NCBI GenBank assembly: GCA_964016885.1
Contig: OZ024761.1
Location: 992,001 to 1,056,000, forward strand
Origin: Eledone cirrhosa
Lineage: Eukaryota
DNA: 64,000 nt
Reading direction: 5' to 3'
Below the pieces are notes generated by a model, which saw nothing but the letters and a program-made list of their open reading frames with translations, searched no databases and was not told the origin of the DNA. This document shows, piece by piece, positions 24,137-64,000 of this stretch. Both the position numbers and the translations under genes were made by a program. The number at the start of each line of letters is the position of its first letter. Position 1 is the first letter of the stretch.

Positions 24137-24167
<31 letters not shown>

Positions 24168-24649
24168 ACAAAGGAAATGTGGTAAGGAACCAAGTGGACC
24201 ATAACGCACCAAAATACTCAATACTTAGGGTAGTAGAGTGGGTAATAGGAACGAGTAGGACCCCGACGGCTGAGCTCAAGCCGTTTCGACGGCTAATTTT
24301 GGACTAAATTTTAGTCCAGAATTAGCCGTCGAAACGGCTTGAGCTCAGCCGTCGGGGTCCTACTCGTTCCTATATATATATATATATATATGTTTACTAA
24401 AAAGTTTCGTAGTAAACAATCTCTACTAATAACAAATAACATATTGACTTTACACTCAGTGTATGAGACTTTAATTCTGTCGATGTTTTGTGTATTTATC
24501 AAACAAAAACATAAAGCAAGTCTTTATATATATCACTTCTCCATCATGGATGACACAATACGCACGTTTTATATTAAAAAGAAATTTTTTCCGTTCTTTC
24601 CTCTTCTCACACAATATCTTTTCTATTGCATCTTTTATTTCTCATTCTA

Positions 24650-24685
24650 TCTTCCGATGAAGAACTAGTGTCTGAAACGTTAAGA
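24650..24685 (+). ncRNA. Degenerate minimal hammerhead ribozyme
   Basis: UCUU CCGAUGA A GAAC-UAGU-GUCU GAAAC GUU AAGA; perfect stem I, mutated core and stem II. Confidence 0.55.
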
Positions 24686-24941
24686 CTCTTTTCCTACTAT
24701 ATCAAGCATTAAAGTAATATATTTCTTCATTGTACTGTGTTGTTTGCTTTGTTATTTCCATTTACTTTTTCTGTATATATATATATATGTGTGTGTATTT
24801 ATTTATTTGTATATATTTATATATATGTGTGTAATTGAAGTATTTCCGTAAGAAAGGAAAAGAGAGTGCTCTATGTAGGCTACAGAGATTTTTAGTTATG
24901 TAATAAACAACATAAGATAATTATTTCATTCGTCAGAATGA

Positions 24942-25006
24942 AATTTGACGATTGAAGGCAGACGTATGTGCCAAGCTCGTCTGTCTTCGTGAAACCTTTG
25001 GTAAAT
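24942..25006 (+). ncRNA. Hammerhead-like motif with 11-bp stem II
   Basis: UUGACGA UU GAAGGCAGACG-loop-CGUCUGUCUUC GU GAAAC CUUUG GUA; enclosed by a 28-bp inverted repeat (24903-24930 / 25004-25031). Confidence 0.45.
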
Positions 25007-25097
25007 GAAATAATTATCTTATGTTGTTTATTATGTATTTATTTGTATATATATGTATGTATTTATTTGTATATATATATATATGTATGTATTGATT

Positions 25098-25146
<49 letters not shown>

Positions 25147-27219
25147 TGCGTGTAAATTACGGAGACATTGGACGCCATTTTGAAGTTTTTATCAAAAATG
25201 GTTAAAGGGTGATAATAATACAAGGGAAGATAATTTCTAAGAATAAATTCAAAAACTAAATACATGAGATGATACTAGATATAGAAACTCTCAATATTGG
25301 TTGTTATGGAGTATCTTTACTTTATCTTATAATGAACTATGTATATTTAATCATTATGTCTAATGTTAACTAGATTTAATTGTCATGTTAGATTTAATAG
25401 GGAGTTCTAGATATGTTAAGATATTAAGAACACTGCGTACATGGCACATGACTGGATAATTCAATCAGTAAAATCATATTTAAAAATACTGTGTGTATTT
25501 TACTGTAAAATCTAACCTATATGAAAGAGAATAGTACAACAGACGTGATTTAATATCCAATAACTTAGATATCAAAGGAGAGGTATCAGCATTAAGTTAA
25601 ATTTAAAAATATAGTTACTTATCACAGTCATAACCAGTTCTGCCCATAGTATCGGAGCTGTGATCTCTGAATTTGGAGAACTAGTGGCTCTATCTGGAGT
25701 GACTCATTGATCTCTGAACTATACACTCTAATGATTTACGTTATTCCAAAGACACTTCAAAGGAACCTCCCTTTCGCTTTTCCAATGAACTAAAATTGAA
25801 AATTTATTCACCATTTCCCAGAATAGGTATGTATGTATGGTCCCATAACTCCTGATAGAGTCATTGGGACGTCATATTGACATACAGCGTTTCTTGGGCA
25901 TTTTAAGCCTGGCAGAGCCTATCTCTCTCCAGGCCTGAGTACAGCAGATTTCATCCAGTGAACGGAAGAATTGACCCACAGTATTAGACTGGTACTTTTT
26001 TTTTATCAGCCTCGAAAGCTTGAAAGGCAAAGTTGATCTCGGCGGCATATGAACCCAGAATATAAACACAGACAATTAGACAAATCAATAACATAAATAC
26101 ACATTCAGAACATTATATTTATTTCAAATAAATCTTTTTACAATAAAATTTACAAAAAGAAAAAGTAGAAAAGAAATACAATTATTATTAAAATATAATT
26201 CGGAAAATCAACTAATATAATATTTTCATAGACAATTATGAAAAATTGATTATATAATAAATAGTCATATATATATATATATATTTAAATTTTATTTTTA
26301 TTCTTATGATCACCTAAAACTCTAGACTGTCATTATATATCTATATAAAGATTTTGTTGTAAATAAAATCAATGATAGGTTTTGTACAGGGCAGAACTCT
26401 GAAATCAAGTAAATTAAGGGTAGGCCGTTTCCTAGCCCCTCGGTAAATATAGTCTTGCCATCTCATTCTACATATAATACACAGGCATGGCTGTATGGTT
26501 AGGAAGTTTGCTTCATAACTATGTAGTTTCAGGGTTCAGTCCCATTGTGTAGCTTTTAGGGGAAGCTTGTTATATTATAGCTTCAGGTTGACCATTGCCT
26601 TCATCATCATCATCGTTTAACGTCCATCTTCCACGCTTGCATGGGTTTGGACGGGAGTTTTCCCACTTGAGGCAAGAGAGGTTGTCTTGCTCGCATAGGA
26701 CTGTCTGGCGGGTTTTCTACAGCTGGATGCCCTTCCTAACACCAACCACGTTTAGACAGAATATACAGAAGCTCGTCGTATATGATGTAGTAGAAAATAC
26801 TTGCTTAACATGCCAAGCAGTGGTACTGAACCTCAAATAACATGGTCAGAAAGCAAACTGCTTAACCACACAGCTATGCCTGTGCATTATATGTAGATGG
26901 TTGGTGCCTTATATGTAGAGGGTTGGGGCCATATATGTAGAGAGTTGGTGCCTTCCATTCATAGCTGAACAATTTATGAAATAGTTTGGTCACACTCCAG
27001 AGTACACTGCCAATTAACCAGCTAGACCTGGGGTGTGATAACATTGAAGTACTGAAGCTCCAGAGCTAGAGGAAGATCATGCTGGTGATGGTGGACTGAC
27101 CAGAGTCACAAACAGATAATGTCAAAAATGGGGGCTGGGCTACCTTAAATTTCTACACTCTACCCACCAGTATTAAATGCTCATTCAGTGAATGTCTTAA
27201 ATACTTATTATTATTACTA

Positions 27220-27855
27220 TTTTTGGAGTCTCAGTCATTGATGTTATTTAACTGGAAAGTTTGTTCAAATGAACATCAAGACGTTAGTTGCAACCTCAGA
27301 TATTCAGAACGTATTGGAGGGTTCTTGCTGTTCCCAGCAAGCATGCCTTTTGAAGTGTTCCAAAATACTGGAGCTGGACTAATGTTCTTTAACTATCCTT
27401 GAAAACACTTCAAGATAGTACCTAGTGTTCATATGACAATTGAGATGGCCTTGATCTCATGACAGTCCAAATTCTTTTTAAGCTCCCACTTTAAATCCTT
27501 ATTATTATTATTGTTCTTTGAGTCTCAGTCATTGATGTTAGTTAACTGGAAAGTTTGTTGAAATGAATATCAATCCACTACCTACAGCCTCAGATATTCA
27601 GGACGTATCAGAGGGTTCTTGCTGTTCCCAGCAAGCATGCCTTTTGAAGTGTTCCAAAAAGCGTGGCGGGGCCAATTTTCTTTAACCATCCCTGGAAACT
27701 TTTTGAGATAGTACCTAATGCGCCTATGACAATCGGGACCACTTTGACTTCATGGCAGTTCCAAATCCTTTTTACCTCCCACTTTAAGTCCTGGTATCGG
27801 TTAATTTTCTCCTCCTTCTCTTGCACTCTCGTGTCGAATGGGCAGGCCACATCCA

Positions 27856-27856
<1 letters not shown>
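27220..27856 (-). mobile_element. Two tandem 3' fragments of an R4/Dong-like RLE retrotransposon in (TAA)n
   Basis: VDVACPFD..EKINRYQDLKWEVKRIW..VVPIVIGALG..LQKACLLGTA; both copies bounded by (TAA)n; same 3'UTR at 30655-30745 (+). Confidence 0.8.
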
Positions 27857-27897
<41 letters not shown>

Positions 27898-29364
27898 CAT
27901 TATTATTATCATTTAATGGGCTTTCTCCAAAAGTGTCCCTTGGTAGTCTCCCGCCTCCCCCTATTAGGGAATTTTCCTTTGTTTTTTTTTGTTTTTTGTC
28001 ATTTCCTTTGTTATTGTTTTTTTTCTTTACATGCAGAAATGCCCATTTGTACCGTCCTGTGCTGTCCTTAATGGTATACTTTATGTCAACCCTTGTGGTT
28101 AATAAAGAAATCATTATTATCAATCTTAATATTATCATTATTATTAATTATTATTGTATTTTTTCCTCTTCCTTCAGCTTAGTTTTCATTTCTTGCCAAG
28201 TATTTTCCCAACACCTACAGCAGAAACTCATCACATGCATTGATAAGCCTCCAAAATAAACACCAGATTGTTCACACCAAGCACTTTACACAGTTACAAG
28301 TAAATCATTATTATTATTACCAGTGGATTGGCAGTATCGGTAGAGGATCGGATGCCATGCTTTACAGCATAGAGTTACGTCCCTTTACGGCATGAGTTTA
28401 AATCCCACCGAGGTTAACTTTGCCTTTCATGCTTACAAGGTCAATAAAATAAAGTACCAGTAATGTACTGGGATAATTGCAGGCCTTGTGCCAAAAGTAG
28501 AAACAATTATTATAACCCTACTTTGCAGCAGAGTTATGGCTCTTTACTTTCTGATTTCAAATCTCACTGAGGTTGGCATTGCCTTTCATCATTACAGGAT
28601 CAATAGAATAAAGTACCAGTAATGTACTGGGATCGATTTAATTGCCTTACTCCTCTCCCCAAAATTTCTGGCCTTGGGCCTAAATCAGCGAGGTTAGTTT
28701 TGCCTTTCATCCTTGCAGGGGGTCGATAAAATAAAGTACCAGTAATGAACTGGGGTCGATTTAATCGACTTTCCCCTCTCCCCAAAATTGCTGGCCTCAT
28801 GCCTAAATCAGAAAACATTATTATTATTATTGACGCCATGCTTTCCAGCATAGTTACGTCCCTTTATGATCTGAGTTCAAATCCCGCCGAGGTTGACTTT
28901 GCCTTTCATCCTTACGGGGTCGATAAAATAAAGTACCAGTAATGCACTGGGTGATTGCTGGCCTTGTGCCTAAAGTAGAAACAATTATTATTATTATTAT
29001 TAATTGTGAGGAAAATGGTTTCTAATTTAGCAACTCTAGAAGTTTGGAGTGGGGTAGGAATTAGTTGACTAATCTGACCCTAATACCAGACTGGTACTTT
29101 ATTCTATCCAGTCCTGGAAGGATAAAAGGCAAAGATGACCTCGGCAGGATTTGAACTCAGAACACTATAATTAAATATAAATACCACAAAGTATTTTATC
29201 CGATGCTCTACAGATTCTGCCAATTGTGTTAATGTTAAGACTCAGGCAAGCATGGGGAATAGATGTTAAATGGTAATGATGATAAAGCTAGATCTTACGT
29301 ATATAAGAAAGCAATGGAGAAGGGTCAAAGATGCAATGTAAATAGTTAATACTGTACCAGAATG

Positions 29365-29860
29365 AGGTGACAAGTGACAGGGTGACAGGCAAAGTGACAG
29401 AGTGACAGTGAAAGACAGGGTGACAGGCAGGATAACATAGTGACAGGCAGGATGACATACAAGGTGACAGAGTGACAGGCAGGGTGACAGAGTGACAGGC
29501 AGGGTGATAGTGACAGACAGGGTGACAGAGTGACAGGCAGGGTGATAGTGACAGACAGGGTGACAGAGTGACAGACAGGGTGACAGAGTGACAGACAGGG
29601 TGACAGAGTGACAGACAGGGTGACAGAGTGACAGGCAGGGTGATAGTGACAGACAGGGTGATAAAGTGACAAACAGGGTGTCATACAGGGTGACAGGGTG
29701 ACAGGATAACTCAAGGAGATGATGATAGAGGTAGAGTGACACAGTGATTGAAGACACCATGATTCTGTGACATCATAATGATGTCACACTGATGTCACAA
29801 TGATGACACTGTGATGACAGTGTGATGACACTGTGATGACACTGTGATGACAGTGTCATC
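29365..29860. repeat. GTGACA-based minisatellite
   Basis: Repeated gtgacagagtgacagacagg / gtgatgacact units. Confidence 0.85.
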
Positions 29861-30744
29861 CCAGCTGGAACAGACACCACAAGATTTCCTTGTCTAAAGA
29901 AATAACTTCAATAACAATATAACAATGGTTTCTGATTTAGGCACAGCGCAAACATTTTTTTCTGGGTGTGTGTGTGTGTGTGTGTGGGGGGGGGTTCGAT
30001 TAAATCGACCCCAGTGCATTACTGGTTCTTTATTTTATCAATCCTGTAAGGATGAAAAGTAAAGATAACCTTTGTGGGATTTGAACTATGTTGCAGAGCA
30101 TGTTGTCCGAAGCTCTACTGATTTTATCTCTATCCACCACCTAATAATGATGATGATGATTATAATAATAATAATTGTTTCTACTTTTGGCACAAGGCCA
30201 GCAATTATCCCAGTGTATTACTGGTACTTTATTTTATCGACCCCGTAAGGATGAAAGGCAAAGTGAACCTCGGCGGGATTTGAACTCAATGGTTTCTTTT
30301 ACTGGAGACAAGCACCCAAGACATTGGGGACAGTATAAGGACAAAAGACAACGCAATACAAAGTGGAGTTTACATTAAATAAAGTAAAGGGGACATCACC
30401 AAAGTAAAAACAGTAGGAATAATAATAATTGTTTCTACTTTAGGTACAAGGCCAGGAATTACCCAGTACATTACTGGTACTTTATTTTATCGACCCCGTA
30501 AGGATGAAAGGCAAAGTTAACCTCGGCAGGATTTGAACTCAGACTGTAAAGGGACGTAACTGCTGCAAAGCATGGCGTCCAACCCTCTACCGATACTGCC
30601 AATTCACCGCCCTTAGGAATAATAATAATAATAAATAATAACAATAATAATAAAAATGAATATCTGAGGCTGTAGGTAGTGGATTGATATTCATTTCAAC
30701 AAACTTTCCAGTTAAATAACATCAATGACTGAGACTCAAAGAAC

Positions 30745-30794
<50 letters not shown>

Positions 30795-30872
30795 TAATGA
30801 TAACAGCTAAGCTTGTTTTATGGTAAAATACTGTAGTCTTGAACTTGATTTCAGGAAATGTTGCTTGTTTTC

Positions 30873-63353
<32,481 letters not shown>

Positions 63354-63566
63354 CTTGATTAAAAAAAAAAAAATGACAAAAATGGTAACCCAGTAAACCT
63401 CAATGTGTAGTGAACATTTTAGGGTTTGTTAAGTTTTTTTTGGAGGGTGGAGATGTAGGGCGATAGGGTAGGGATATATGGTTTTAGTCTTTTACTGTTT
63501 TCAGATAGAGAGATAGATGGGTAGGGACAGAGAGAGAGAGAGCGAGAGAGAGTAAAAGAAAAAAGG

Positions 63567-63611
<45 letters not shown>

Positions 63612-64000
63612 TATAGTCCAGAATTAGCCGTCGAAACGGCTTGAGCTCAGCCGTCGGGGTCTTACTTGTTCCTATATATATATATAGGGAGTGTAACTTG
63701 GTTACTGCAGGTAAACCCGGGTGAGCACTCGATGTTTAGGTTCACTTCTGTGTTGAGGTGTAGAGCTATACAGAGTGTAATATATTGAAAGGATAACAAG
63801 GACGATTGGTTACTCCTTCATTACATTTATTGGTAGGTGACAAGCATTTCGCCACTGATCAGCTCAAGGTTCGATCTGTATCGATCTTACCCGACTCAAT
63901 AATCGGCAGCTCGACGGACCCTTTAAAATGGTATAAGAAAATGAATACATGCTATGTGATAAAGTCAGAAGTTCATAAGTTGTACAATATGAGTTGTTTG

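Noticed and set aside
27066-27143. Candidate last exon VAQPPFLTLSVCDSGQSTITSMIFL* for the PDZ gene
   Set aside because: Purine-rich acceptor; exons 33557-33612 and 30873-30885 match harmonin far better.
63838-63872. CUGAUCA..GCGAAAU motif on the minus strand
   Set aside because: Core and stems do not fit a hammerhead.

Overview
Eukaryotic, AT-rich, microsatellite- and transposon-dense DNA, most likely from a coleoid cephalopod (octopus-like; inferred from the SINE/LINE landscape, not proven). Two spliced genes were reconstructed by hand. AP4S1 (AP-4 sigma, + strand, 5 coding exons 12745-21157, 143 aa) has a 12-nt microexon followed by a U12-type (minor spliceosome) intron. A harmonin/USH1C-like three-PDZ gene (- strand, 17 phase-consistent exons 63353-30873, 5' end outside the window) ends in the PDZ-binding motif EVTYF. 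A possible third, divergently transcribed gene lies at 3.7-6.6 kb. The rest is RTE, CRE-like, R4/Dong-like, CR1-like and Penelope-like retroelements, tRNA-derived SINEs, TTAA-specific and Tc1/pogo MITEs and tandem repeats. The most striking unannotated signal is about a dozen minimal type I hammerhead-ribozyme motifs (CUGANGA...GAAA..UH) from several unrelated families. They sit next to (TA)n tracts, often as head-to-head inverted pairs; one pair lies in the 3' end of a recognisable Penelope element and some carry unusually long stem-II inserts. The host introns also hold many long fold-back structures, including an 832-bp spacer-less palindrome.
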